NCBI GenBank assembly: GCA_965249485.1
Contig: OZ252239.1
Coordinates: 2,944,001-3,008,000 of the forward strand
DNA: 64,000 nt
Origin: a bacterium
GTDB lineage: Bacteria; SM23-31
Reading direction: 5' to 3'
Below, piece by piece: positions 31,590 through 41,800 of the stretch. A program made the translations under genes and the position numbers. A model generated the notes under the pieces. The model searched no databases and was not told the origin of the DNA. It saw only the letters and a program-made list of their open reading frames with translations. The stretch's first letter is position 1; every line of letters begins with the position of its first letter.

Positions 31590-32618
31590 TTATATGACTT
31601 CATGCTCTTCTATGTCTTCACCTGTTACACTTCGCACAATTTTTATGGCTTTTTTCTTGCCTTTGACACCAGGTCTACCGAGAAATTTTTTATTTCCCCC
31701 AATGGTAATTTCCAATAGTTCATCGATCTTTTTATTGAGGCGGATTACATCGCCGACTTTCAGATCGATTATATCCTGAACCGCTATTTCAGTCCGACCC
31801 ATAAATGCCACAATGGGTAGCGATGATAACCGAAGCCTATCATTGATTGTTGCAATCTGCTCATCAGACACTTCTTTCTTCGACATAGATATAAAGTGCT
31901 GAACATTCAACTTAGAAATAATATCTTCGAGAATGAGGTATGGAAAACAGATATTCATCAAGCTTGAAGTATCCTGAATTTTAATTTCGAGAGAAATCGT
32001 GATCACTGTCTCACCGGGAGGAGCAATTTGTACAACATCAGGATTACTCTCAAATCCTTCAAGTATGAAGGTCAGCGGGGCAACCTGCTGCCAGGCAGTA
32101 GAAAGCGTTTCCATCGCTTTCTCGATAATCTTTTTCATGATTGTTTGTTCGATCGTTGTAATCACCCGTGCTTCCTCAGTCGCCTGCCCTTTTCCACCGA
32201 ACAAACGGTCAACAACATAAAGGACAAGGTTGGGGCTGAGCTCAAGGATCGCAACTCCATTAAGTTCTTCAACTCTGAATATATAGATACAGCTCGGATC
32301 CGAAATTGAAAGGATAAATTCGGAATACTGGAGCTGGTCAACCGATATCAGATTTATATCAACAATTGTACGAAGCCGGACAGCAAGATATGCATTAAAC
32401 GTCTTTGCAAATGTTTCATGAATCGTCTGGAGTGTTCTTAATTGGTCTTTTGAAACACGGTTCGGATGTTTAAAGTCATAAACGTTTGCCGCTTTTCCTT
32501 CCATCGCAACATCATCATCACCATAATCATCGTCACCTCCTTCTAATCCTCCAGAATCTTCATCGCTTACAGAAGAAAGCAACGCATCAATTTCTTTTTG
32601 TGATAATATTTCAGCCAT
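31590..32618 (-). CDS. fliM: Motor switch protein FliM
   Basis: ILSQKEIDALL, YDFKHPNRVSKDQLR. Confidence 0.96.
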   Translation of the reverse strand: MAEILSQKEIDALLSSVSDEDSGGLEGGDDDYGDDDVAMEGKAANVYDFKHPNRVSKDQLRTLQTIHETFAKTFNAYLAVRLRTIVDINLISVDQLQYSEFILSISDPSCIYIFRVEELNGVAILELSPNLVLYVVDRLFGGKGQATEEARVITTIEQTIMKKIIEKAMETLSTAWQQVAPLTFILEGFESNPDVVQIAPPGETVITISLEIKIQDTSSLMNICFPYLILEDIISKLNVQHFISMSKKEVSDEQIATINDRLRLSSLPIVAFMGRTEIAVQDIIDLKVGDVIRLNKKIDELLEITIGGNKKFLGRPGVKGKKKAIKIVRSVTGEDIEEHEVI

Positions 32619-32628
32619 GAGTAGTCCT

Positions 32629-33162
32629 TTACTGGGTGATTATCTGTAAAAACACTCTATTTACTCTATTGTCACTATCTGTTTCAAGATAATAAATATT
32701 CATTTGATCACGGATTTTTATCTTAAGAGTATCTTGAACCGCAGGGTCAAGAATTTGTTTAAATGCAAACTTACTTAACTCGTCTTTTATAACATCTGTA
32801 ACAAGCCCTGCACGTCTTGTCAACTCGGGGATAAGACTTGGCACGGATTCAAAAGTCGCATTGATAACAAGATTTTTAACACGTCCACGCTCATCAAGCA
32901 TTGAGTGTACTACCTCAGGATGAATATATTCCATGCCATATTCTGTATCGGCAATACTTATCTCGACTACCACTTCTTCACCCTCTTCAGGAGCATCACC
33001 TAATATAAAACTAAGTGGACCGAAAAATACAAGAACTACGGCTATTACGACAAAGGCACCGAGTATAATAATCATCTTGAGTGGGCTGCCGCCTTTGCCC
33101 TTTTCTGGTTGGGGTTCGCCACCCTCGTCGCCTAAACCCTCATCTTCCAATTCGTCTTCCAT
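32629..33162 (-). CDS. fliL: FliL-like basal body protein
   Basis: Single N-terminal TM, C-terminal VFLQIITQ, position between motB and fliM. Confidence 0.72.
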   Translation of the reverse strand: MEDELEDEGLGDEGGEPQPEKGKGGSPLKMIIILGAFVVIAVVLVFFGPLSFILGDAPEEGEEVVVEISIADTEYGMEYIHPEVVHSMLDERGRVKNLVINATFESVPSLIPELTRRAGLVTDVIKDELSKFAFKQILDPAVQDTLKIKIRDQMNIYYLETDSDNRVNRVFLQIITQ

Positions 33163-33172
33163 TGAAAACTCC

Positions 33173-33931
33173 TTAGTAGCTTATGTTTAACTCGTCTAAA
33201 TATGACCGGACATTCTGCGGAATGTCTCCCGCACCACGTTCATACCGTATGAGAATTTCTACTCGCCGGTTTTTTGCCTTACCCTGATCTGTTTCATTTG
33301 ATTCTATTGGCCGGTATTCGCCCATCGGAATAGGTACCATGTTTTCTTCCGCAATTCCTTGAATTGCAAAAAACCGTAACACTTCGTATGACCGTCCGAA
33401 TGAAAGCTCCCAGTTATCTCGAAATTCAACATTTGCGCGAATTGGGTCGCTGTCGGTATGGCCGTAAATAATTATTTTATTCGGCCACCCCCGTGCGATA
33501 TTTGCTACTGATGCCAAGAGCAGCAGAATAGGATCTTTCAACCTTGCTCTACCCTGATCAAACAGGACCGAATCACTAATGGTTATGAGAATGCCTTCTT
33601 CTGTCGTTTCGAGTTTTACCGCTTCTGCAACATCCATCTCCGATGTCGCTTCTTGCAGTTCAACGATACTTTCAGAGATTTCAGACTCTTGTAAATTCGA
33701 AAGCTGCGGCACAGGTATATTCTGAGGAACCATCACCGACTGTTCATGAGGAAGCACACCAAGCGCGCCTTTCAATGAACCGATAGCTCTCCGAAATTTC
33801 GCCTCCCTCATGGAGGAGAATGACAAAAGCAACACAAAAAATGTCAAAAGTAATGTCATCATATCGCCGTAGGTCATCATATACGCTGGCGCACCTACCG
33901 GTGGACATTCTTTCTCTTTTTTCCCAGGCAT
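33173..33931 (-). CDS. motB: Stator protein MotB (OmpA-like C-domain)
   Basis: TYGDMMTLLLTFFVLL, GHTD, NWELS, NRRVEI. Confidence 0.95.
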   Translation of the reverse strand: MPGKKEKECPPVGAPAYMMTYGDMMTLLLTFFVLLLSFSSMREAKFRRAIGSLKGALGVLPHEQSVMVPQNIPVPQLSNLQESEISESIVELQEATSEMDVAEAVKLETTEEGILITISDSVLFDQGRARLKDPILLLLASVANIARGWPNKIIIYGHTDSDPIRANVEFRDNWELSFGRSYEVLRFFAIQGIAEENMVPIPMGEYRPIESNETDQGKAKNRRVEILIRYERGAGDIPQNVRSYLDELNISY

Positions 33932-33934
33932 CCT

Positions 33935-34699
33935 TTATTCTTCTTTCAGCACCCGTTCCTTTGGTGCTATAAATGAGTTCAATTTTTGCTCAACAATTCT
34001 GGGATTATCTCCCGACTGTATTGAAAGAATCCCCTGTATCATTAAGGTACGCATCAGTAATTCTTCTTTTGTGCGTCCTTTTAATTTTGTGTTCAATGGA
34101 ATAAAAATCATATTCGCCATTATCGAGCCGTAAAATGTCGTAATCAAAGCGACAGCCATACCGGGACCCAAAGCATCCGGATCACTCAGGTTCGCAAGCA
34201 TCAGAATAAGACCGATCAGTGTCCCGAGCATTCCCCATGCCGGAGCCAGACTTGCGAACTGGTCCATCTGGTCCTGACCTTTTTTGTGGCGCTCTTCCAG
34301 ATAGAACAACTCGGTTTCCATGATGTCTTTGAGCAGTTCAGGCTCTGTTCCGTCAACGGCAAGTTGAATTCCGTTTTTTAAAAAGGTATCGGTTACTTCT
34401 TCCATTTGTTTTTCCAAAGCAAGAATTCCTTCGCGACGGGCACGTTCAGCAAATTTCACAAGCAGACCTATGATCTCAGCGGGATCTTCTTCCGTCATGG
34501 AAAGAGTGTTTTTAATTATATTAATAAAATTTGTCAGTTCCTTCATAGTGTATGATGTTACAATTGCGGATACTGTTCCGCCAACTGTAATCATTATGGA
34601 AGGTGCGTTGTAAAAAAGTACTGGTGACCCTCCAAGAAGCATGGTAACCAGGACAAAAATCACGCCCAGAACAATCCCTAAAATGGTCGTTATATCCAT
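33935..34699 (-). CDS. motA: Stator protein MotA
   Basis: ARREGILALE, APAWGMLGTLIGL, ALITTFYG, GDNPR. Confidence 0.95.
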   Translation of the reverse strand: MDITTILGIVLGVIFVLVTMLLGGSPVLFYNAPSIMITVGGTVSAIVTSYTMKELTNFINIIKNTLSMTEEDPAEIIGLLVKFAERARREGILALEKQMEEVTDTFLKNGIQLAVDGTEPELLKDIMETELFYLEERHKKGQDQMDQFASLAPAWGMLGTLIGLILMLANLSDPDALGPGMAVALITTFYGSIMANMIFIPLNTKLKGRTKEELLMRTLMIQGILSIQSGDNPRIVEQKLNSFIAPKERVLKEE

Positions 34700-34769
34700 A
34701 TACGCTCCAATAAATTCTTAACCGTTCATTATCCGAAAATCTACCGCCCTATAGCGTGGTAATATTCCA

Positions 34770-35036
34770 TTAATCGTCAGACTTCCGATTACTTGCAGAA
34801 TTATTCTTGTTATACAAGTCTAATTCTCCATTTGTCATCGGTTTATATTTTTTTTCCGGAAAACAAAGCCGACGATAGTCGATAACTTTTTTAATGACCT
34901 CGTCAGCAGTGTTACGAACGATAATCTTCTTCCCTGTTGTCGTTGTTATAATTGTATCTGGTGCTGATTCGATGAATTCAATCAGCTCAGCATTCATCAC
35001 CATTTCAGAACCGTTAAGACGTGTTACGCTTATCAT
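34770..35036 (-). CDS. flbD: Flagellar FlbD (SwrD) family protein
   Basis: MISVTRLNG...NAELIEFIESAPDTIIT. Confidence 0.9.
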   Translation of the reverse strand: MISVTRLNGSEMVMNAELIEFIESAPDTIITTTTGKKIIVRNTADEVIKKVIDYRRLCFPEKKYKPMTNGELDLYNKNNSASNRKSDD

Positions 35037-35074
35037 ATATTCCTACTTGTAATACAAACACTAAGTTGACAGTG

Positions 35075-35090
35075 GCAAGTTTCCTGCCAA
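35075..35090 (-). promoter_or_regulatory. sigma54 promoter for flbD-motAB-...
   Basis: Minus strand TTGGCAGGAAACTTGC, ~40 nt upstream of the flbD ATG. Confidence 0.72.
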
Positions 35091-35113
35091 TTAAATAAAT
35101 ATTCAATAAATAT

Positions 35114-35140
35114 TAAAGATTAAAATTTAATTACCGATAC
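35114..35140 (+). promoter_or_regulatory. sigma28-like promoter, opposite to the operon direction
   Basis: TAAA-N15-ACCGATAC (consensus TAAA-N15-GCCGATAA), with extended TAAAG. Confidence 0.5.
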
Positions 35141-35224
35141 ATGATAACAGTTTTTAAACCGAATGAAAGAAAAATATCCTATATTAAAATCAGTGATTAT
35201 AGTCACTTACATCGTTTTCAGACG

Positions 35225-35259
35225 AAAAATCCCCCCGGAATTCCCGAGGGGATTTTTTT
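35225..35259. terminator. Bidirectional intrinsic terminator downstream of flgE
   Basis: AAAAATCCCCCCGG-AATTC-CCGAGGGGATTTTTTT; GC stem flanked by A and T tracts. Confidence 0.85.
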
Positions 35260-35368
35260 ATATGACATTATCATCATTGTTCTTCATAAAAGGTCAACGA
35301 TTTCCATCCGAATCGGAAGAACATGGAAAATATTTCCTTACCTCCTACCCGGAATTACTTAAGACCTA

Positions 35369-37519
35369 TTATGATTTCAAGTTGACAACTTCCGTCAGGA
35401 ATTGGTCACCAACTGTTATGATTCGTGCCGACGCCTGGAAACCTCTCTGTGCCACGATCATATTGGTAAATTCCTGAGAAACATCAACATTCGACTGTTC
35501 GAGCGCACCCGTTACGATCGAACTCTGAATTGCTGTTCCGGCAGCACCGATAATCGGAACTCCTGGGTTTGCTGTTTGTGAGAAGGCATTATCGCCAACT
35601 CGCAGCAGACCGCTCGGATTATTGAATACCGCTATCGAAACCTGTGCAAGAAGCAGCGTTCTACCATTCGTAAACTGACCGGTAATTTGCCCGGTTTCGT
35701 CGAAAGATATTCCGCTTAACTCTCCCAGTCCGAATCCATCCTGGTCATTTGCAACCAGAGATGTATCCGTACCAAGTTGTGTGATACCGTTAAATGCAGC
35801 CACAGTTCCGACATCAACACCGATGGTTACCGGGTTCAACGCTCCTGTCTTCGGCTCGAACTGAAACGATGTTGCAGCTCCGTCGAATATGAAACTGGCA
35901 AGCGATCCATCAGTCCTAAACGCTATGACCCCTGTTTCACCTCCTGATGGCGATGCAGGTTCAGCGGTTCCTAATTGAAACGTCCACCTGTTATCGATCT
36001 TTGCATCTTTCGTAAATGACAGTGTCATAATATGCCGCTGTCCGAGGGAGTCGAATACGGTCGCTGAAGCAGCAGCGGTCACATCTTTTGCTGACTGTGA
36101 TTCTACATAATTATTCGGTGTACTATCATACAGCGAATTAAAAGATGCCACGTCAACACCACCTGCCGTTTGAGCAGTAACATTGAGAGCAGTAATTTCG
36201 TTTGTAGTACCTCCGTCTCCGTTAATTAGGAGCTGTCCGTCACTATTCAAAAGAACTGAACCTGTTGTAATGTCGAGAGAGCTTCTGATAATTTCCGTAA
36301 ATGAGCCAATATCAGAAGCTGCATCCAGCGTCAAAGTGGTAATACAGGTAATGATTCTTCCGCCGAGGCGGCCATCAATAGAAATTACACTGCCTACATC
36401 AAGCCCGATGTCCGCACCCAAGGAATTTCTCAGGTTGGTTAGCAAATCAGCATCCGTTGCAGTATGGGAATACTGGTTTGTTGTCGAGGCAGCTTGTCCA
36501 AGTGTATCGTTATTTGCTGTTTCGAGTGAGCGCTGAAGGTTACTATTTGTACTGGTAATTCTCAATGAATTATTACCTGCAAGCGCGGCTCCCAGCCTGG
36601 TAAATGTTATAACACCTTCATCATCAAGTGCTGCGCTCAACGTGTTGGTTCCTGCTGCGCCAAATACTGCTGTGATTCCTTCAGTCATATCGTTAAGAGA
36701 AGTGAAGTCGAAATTACTTGCGGTATTTGTCTCGACATAGGTGAAGACAAATGCATCGTCGTCATCGAACAGCCCGTCACCATTCCTATCGATCCCATCG
36801 TTTATTGTTACCGTTGTTGTATTTGCGGTAATACCTTCGAGGACCGTTGTTAAGCCGGTGGTTGTGTTCAGGGCAAGCATACCCTGAATATTCGAATTAC
36901 TGCCCGGCTGGGTCGTTCCGCTTAATTCTTTCGCAAATACTGCCTGGGACCGCAATATCGTACCTAACGGTTTTTCACCAGCATTCAGGTTACCGGTAAA
37001 TGAAACCTGTGTCGTTGCTCTTGCAGGAGATTTTTGACCGAACGGCAATTTAATACCACCAATTGCACCACCGGTCTGGATATTCCCCTGAGGATCTGCA
37101 GTGATCCCCTGAACTTTTGCACCGTTATTCGGGTTAATCAGGTTTCCTACTGCATCGAACTGAAACGCACCGGACCGCGTAAATAATTCATTTTTACCGT
37201 CATTCACAATAAAAAATCCGCTGCCCTGTATCGCAAGGTCTGTCGTAAAACCAGTAGTTTCAAGCGAACCCTGCGTATGGAGAACGTCCACACTTCCTAT
37301 TGAGGAACCGACACCGACCTGCTTTGGATTGATCAATCCACCGCCGGTTCCGGCACTGGCACCCTGCAACAGGAATGCGAATGATTCTTCAAAGGTCATC
37401 CGGCTTACTTTAAATCCAAATGTATTGACGTTTGCGATATTATTCGCTACAACGTCCATCATTGAACCGTGGTTCCGTAAGCCTGACACCCCTGAAAATA
37501 ATGCCCGTGATATACCCAT
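35369..37519 (-). CDS. flgE: Flagellar hook protein FlgE (716 aa, large central insertion)
   Basis: ALFSGVSGL..VANNIANVNT.GFK, DLAIQGSGFF, LEQSNVD..EFTNMIVAQRGFQA; GGAGG RBS before the ATG at 37519. Confidence 0.95.
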   Translation of the reverse strand: MGISRALFSGVSGLRNHGSMMDVVANNIANVNTFGFKVSRMTFEESFAFLLQGASAGTGGGLINPKQVGVGSSIGSVDVLHTQGSLETTGFTTDLAIQGSGFFIVNDGKNELFTRSGAFQFDAVGNLINPNNGAKVQGITADPQGNIQTGGAIGGIKLPFGQKSPARATTQVSFTGNLNAGEKPLGTILRSQAVFAKELSGTTQPGSNSNIQGMLALNTTTGLTTVLEGITANTTTVTINDGIDRNGDGLFDDDDAFVFTYVETNTASNFDFTSLNDMTEGITAVFGAAGTNTLSAALDDEGVITFTRLGAALAGNNSLRITSTNSNLQRSLETANNDTLGQAASTTNQYSHTATDADLLTNLRNSLGADIGLDVGSVISIDGRLGGRIITCITTLTLDAASDIGSFTEIIRSSLDITTGSVLLNSDGQLLINGDGGTTNEITALNVTAQTAGGVDVASFNSLYDSTPNNYVESQSAKDVTAAASATVFDSLGQRHIMTLSFTKDAKIDNRWTFQLGTAEPASPSGGETGVIAFRTDGSLASFIFDGAATSFQFEPKTGALNPVTIGVDVGTVAAFNGITQLGTDTSLVANDQDGFGLGELSGISFDETGQITGQFTNGRTLLLAQVSIAVFNNPSGLLRVGDNAFSQTANPGVPIIGAAGTAIQSSIVTGALEQSNVDVSQEFTNMIVAQRGFQASARIITVGDQFLTEVVNLKS

Positions 37520-37551
37520 GTAATACCTCCATGGTTTAAGGTTATGACACA

Positions 37552-37603
37552 ACCCGTATCAATCGATCAACGGGTCAGGGCCTCCTATCAAGGACCAGCC
37601 CTG
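37552..37603 (-). ncRNA. Candidate cis-regulatory two-hairpin RNA in the flgE leader
   Basis: CAGGGC-TGG-TCCT-TGAT-AGGA-G-GCCCTG immediately followed by ACCCGT-TGATCGATTGAT-ACGGGT; GC-rich island in an AT-rich spacer; no U-tract. Confidence 0.6.
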
Positions 37604-37679
37604 TTCAGTTAGTTGATTTCTATTTACGTAAAATGGTTATACAATAATCTTTCTGAAAATTTAACCAAACCAATTACAC

Positions 37680-38090
37680 TTATGCTAGTACTGTACTGTC
37701 AATATTGGTAATAACGTTTTCTTGCATCTGATCCTGAGTCATTGCGGTCACTACCGTTTTATTTTTCACACTGACAATAAACGCTAGATTGTTCAAAATA
37801 ATCAGTGAGTCACGGCTTCCTTTTTCTTCCGCTTTCTGTACTGCTTTGGATAAACGCGCAACATCCTCATTCTGTACCGAAATATTACGTGCATGCAGTC
37901 GGCTTATCGCATGCGAAGAGAACTTGATTTCAGGTACTTGCGACTTTTCCAGAGAACTTTCGAGAATGCTCTGAAACTGACCTTTTTCAATCTGCGAAGC
38001 TTGTGCTCTGCTTTTCGGTTCCAGCTCCTTAAGCTGGCCAAGACGTTGTATATTAAGCAAATTCATCTTGATTGTTCCTTTTGAATCCAT
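37680..38090 (-). CDS. Flagellar operon protein, TIGR02530-like, function unknown
   Basis: IKFSSHAISRL..RNI, KGSRDSLI, AFIVSVKNKTVVTA, NVITNIDS; located between flgD and flgE. Confidence 0.85.
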   Translation of the reverse strand: MDSKGTIKMNLLNIQRLGQLKELEPKSRAQASQIEKGQFQSILESSLEKSQVPEIKFSSHAISRLHARNISVQNEDVARLSKAVQKAEEKGSRDSLIILNNLAFIVSVKNKTVVTAMTQDQMQENVITNIDSTVLA

Positions 38091-38106
38091 TCATTAAACA
38101 TTTGTC

Positions 38107-38799
38107 CTATTCACTTCCCGGTAAATCCGGTAAAATAGTATTAATCTCCTGCATCGGTATTTCAACACCATTAACTAAGAGAAAAGCGACGCAATCGTGG
38201 AAACGGACTGCCTGAACAGTTCCGGCAGTCATTGCAGTACCAGCAACACTATTACCATCTGCTCCTTCAGCAATTACCTCAAACAAATACTCACCGTCCG
38301 CCACAAGATTGCCGTTCTTATCAACGCCATCCCATGTAAATTGGTGGACACCTTTCGGTTGAGCCCCGAGGTTGTTCTCAATCAAAACATTACCGACTTT
38401 TGTTTTCACTCGAATCTTAACACCACTTGCCGCATCTGTCAACGCATACTGCATGAGACTGTGATTTGGTGCAATGTGGACAAACCTGTTATCTTCTGCT
38501 AACACCTGCTTGCCGATCAAATTCGCAGCAAAAGAGTTCGAAATCGACTGTGTAAGCGTTGTATTCGACTCCTGTGACTGCTGCATGGTCTCGTTCAAAT
38601 TTGTCAATTGTTCAAGTGACGAAAACTGTGCCAGCTGCGCTGCAAAATCCTGATTCTCCATTGGATCGAGAGGATTTTGATACTGCATCTGTGTCACGAG
38701 CAACAGGAGAAAATCTTCTTTCCCCAAAAGTCCGCTGACCTTTTCAACCTCTTCTTTTTTCGGTGGATTAAGCAGTACGTCTATTGGTGTAATTTCCAT
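38107..38799 (-). CDS. flgD: Hook capping protein FlgD
   Basis: LGKEDFLLLLVTQMQYQNPLDPM, AQLAQFSSLEQL, FTWDG. Confidence 0.95.
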   Translation of the reverse strand: MEITPIDVLLNPPKKEEVEKVSGLLGKEDFLLLLVTQMQYQNPLDPMENQDFAAQLAQFSSLEQLTNLNETMQQSQESNTTLTQSISNSFAANLIGKQVLAEDNRFVHIAPNHSLMQYALTDAASGVKIRVKTKVGNVLIENNLGAQPKGVHQFTWDGVDKNGNLVADGEYLFEVIAEGADGNSVAGTAMTAGTVQAVRFHDCVAFLLVNGVEIPMQEINTILPDLPGSE

Positions 38800-38826
38800 A
38801 ACAACTCCTTTGTATATGGGTATTAA

Positions 38827-41800
38827 TTAAACCACTAATTCCATGGTGTTATACCCAAAATTTCGACTTATCGCCTGGTTGTTGGTTTCGTCGTAAGGTA
38901 ACTCTTCAGTTAAATTATCATCATTTTGATTGAAATGATTTTGTGCTTCCCGATCATTCTTCATCCAGCGGGATTGGTTAAGATCCTGCTGCATATCCTG
39001 CTGAACATGTACATCAAAGGTCTGAATATCAACTCCTTTTTCCGCAATCGATTCCCGCAACTGAGCTAAATTATTCTGTAATAAAACTTTTGCTTCCTGT
39101 GTTTCAACTCTAACAATCGCCGACATTTGATTGTCTTCCATCTGAATACGGAGCATCATCTTACCTAAATGCGGTGGTACAAGACGCACTTGCATCTCCG
39201 ATACGCCTTTTCGGAGGCTCATTTGAGCATGACGCACTAAATGTTCAGCAAGGTCCTTCGACTCCCAGACTTCAGGCTGCCGATGAGTTGTCGGCATTTT
39301 ATCCGAATGTTCCTGAACCCGGAGAACATTTTGAATATCAAAAGCTTTACTAGCTTTTGAGTCAATTCCATTTGAATCAATAAATTCCTGAGTCACTGTA
39401 GGTTTTTCAAAGAGAGAATCACGGCGATCACCACTGTTGCCAGTGTGAGAATCGCTTGCCTCCTGAACAAAATAAGTATCGCCTCTTGATTTTGCATCAG
39501 GATTACTACCGTCATCACCGAATTCAATATCTTTTGAAGTTCGTGCTTCGTTTGTTTTTTCGACAAACATCCCTTGCACCTTCAAATTTTCACCTTCAAA
39601 TTTTTCAGAATAATCTGTAACGGATGTTTCGATTACAAAAGACACACTTTTAGGAACCTCAACTTTTGCAGCGTCATCTGTTCTGCCTACTATCTTAGAA
39701 GTGTCTTCATCTTCTCTCAAAATGGTTTGCACATCAACTTTATGCCCAGATTCGGGAACATGAACTTTTGTGTCTGTACTCACACTAATTGCCTGTTCGC
39801 GTTTTCCGTTATTGACAAGATCATCATTATCAGCGTCATCTTGCAATTGAATAGGCTCATTGTGTTCAGCATTTCTGTGATCTAAACCATTCTGATCGTC
39901 CGCCATAGTATTGCTGGATGGTTCAACGGTATTTAATGGAATTCTTATTGTGACAGGTCTATCATCTATCTGTTGAATCGCTTCAGGTTGATCAAGCGAT
40001 TTTGGTTGAACAACATAATCAATTTCGGATTGAACATGATCAATAACAACACCTTGTATAAGCTCATCCTCTTGTACTGAGGTACTCATACTATTGTACT
40101 GATTTACTTTAATTTCATTAGGATATTCACTAATACTCGGATTGATATTTTCAATATTACCTGTGCTGATTTCAAGAAGCCTTACTGCTGAGTCATATGA
40201 TATTCTGAGTAAAGACTGCGAATTATTGTCCTTTGTCGACATATCAACAGGAATATCAACATATCCGATTTCGGAGTCAGCAGAGTTCAAAGCTGTAGTC
40301 AGATTTGCGACCGAAATAACTAAATTCTGATCTTTGAATAGTGTGTTCCCGTTTAGTGTCTTAGATGCAACAGCTTCAATTTGAGAAACCTGAGGTAGTG
40401 TATTTTTAATACTTACCTCAGAGTTCGATTCAATCGAAATAGATAAAGACGTTTCATTTCCAGTGATATCTGCTAATCTGATTTCAACTTCATTGCTCAC
40501 TCTCTGAATAAGCGATTCGGAAACTCTATCAGTAAAATCATGATTAATGTTACTCCGCTGGAAATCCGTTAGCAAATCTAAATTGTGTTCAATATTATTA
40601 CCAATATTCTGTGATACTTCCATTCCGGATAAAACAGATGTAAACGAGAACTCAATCTTTTGTAAAGCATCGTGCATTTCTTCCGGCAGGGACGCAATAA
40701 AATTATCGATTGTCAACTGTGAAGAATTACTGCCGGAATGCAATAATGAGACCATTTGACTTAAGGAAGCCTGCAGTTTACTGATATCGATTTCCTTCGG
40801 TAACGAATTGTCTCGAACTGATACTTCAAATGTGAAAGTGTGTTTCGAAATATCTTGCTTAGGTGCGTTGGATTGAGCCTCTTGTATCAGAGAAGCAATT
40901 TCACTCCGAACATTTTCTGTTAAAAATGGAAATACTTGAGATAGGTTCGGAGTAATGTGCGAATTCTGATTTGATTTTGTTATCGGAACACTTAGATCAT
41001 TCGATTCAAGCTTATTTTTATTTGTTTCAGAATTGTTTGGAACAATATCTGAGTTTTCTTCATTTGATAAACTTCCGGCGATTTCAAAGCGTATAGTAAT
41101 AGCCTTATCATCACCATTTTCCGCCTGCAATGAAATACTGTTCAGTAATGAATGAATATCCTCGCTTGTTTCACCATTATAAGGTTTTCTCATATTATTC
41201 GATGAGAAGTTATCAGCCACGGTATTCTCTGTGGATCTGTTATATCTTACCAATGCATCGTTGATAGCGTCAACTATTTCCTGTGTATCGACAGAAATAA
41301 GAATGGAAGTTTCGGAATCACCCATTGTAATGGTTTCAGTAATATTTGTGTCCGAAAGATTGGCAATTTTTTCTAATACATTCAATAGCGAAACTGATGA
41401 ATCAGGAAGCGATAACGAACGAACGTTTTGCGTTATTATTTCCATGACTGGTTGGGCATGACTAAAATCTGCCGCATTGTCATTCAGCTGCTCTTTCTCA
41501 TTTTTATTTCCAGTGGATTGGAGATATTCTTGCTTCAATTCATCAATAACCGACCGCAAAATATCCTGAACAGAAATAGTATCCACTCTACCTGTATTGG
41601 AAACATTCTCTTTGCTTAAATTAGATAAATATTTTAAATCAAAAGTATTATTATTGCTCTTTGATGGTAATTCAAGAGGTGTGTTTACATGCTTCTCATT
41701 CTGAATCGGATCCTGAGATTGAACGTTAAGAGCAGGTATAGAAGGAATATCATTTTCAGGTAATACAGATTTATAATTACTGATGTTATCACTTGATATC

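Noticed and set aside
35141..35477. Plus-strand ORFs of 73 and 104 aa downstream of the sigma28-like promoter
   Set aside because: Both run through the strong terminator, lack an RBS, and one overlaps flgE antisense
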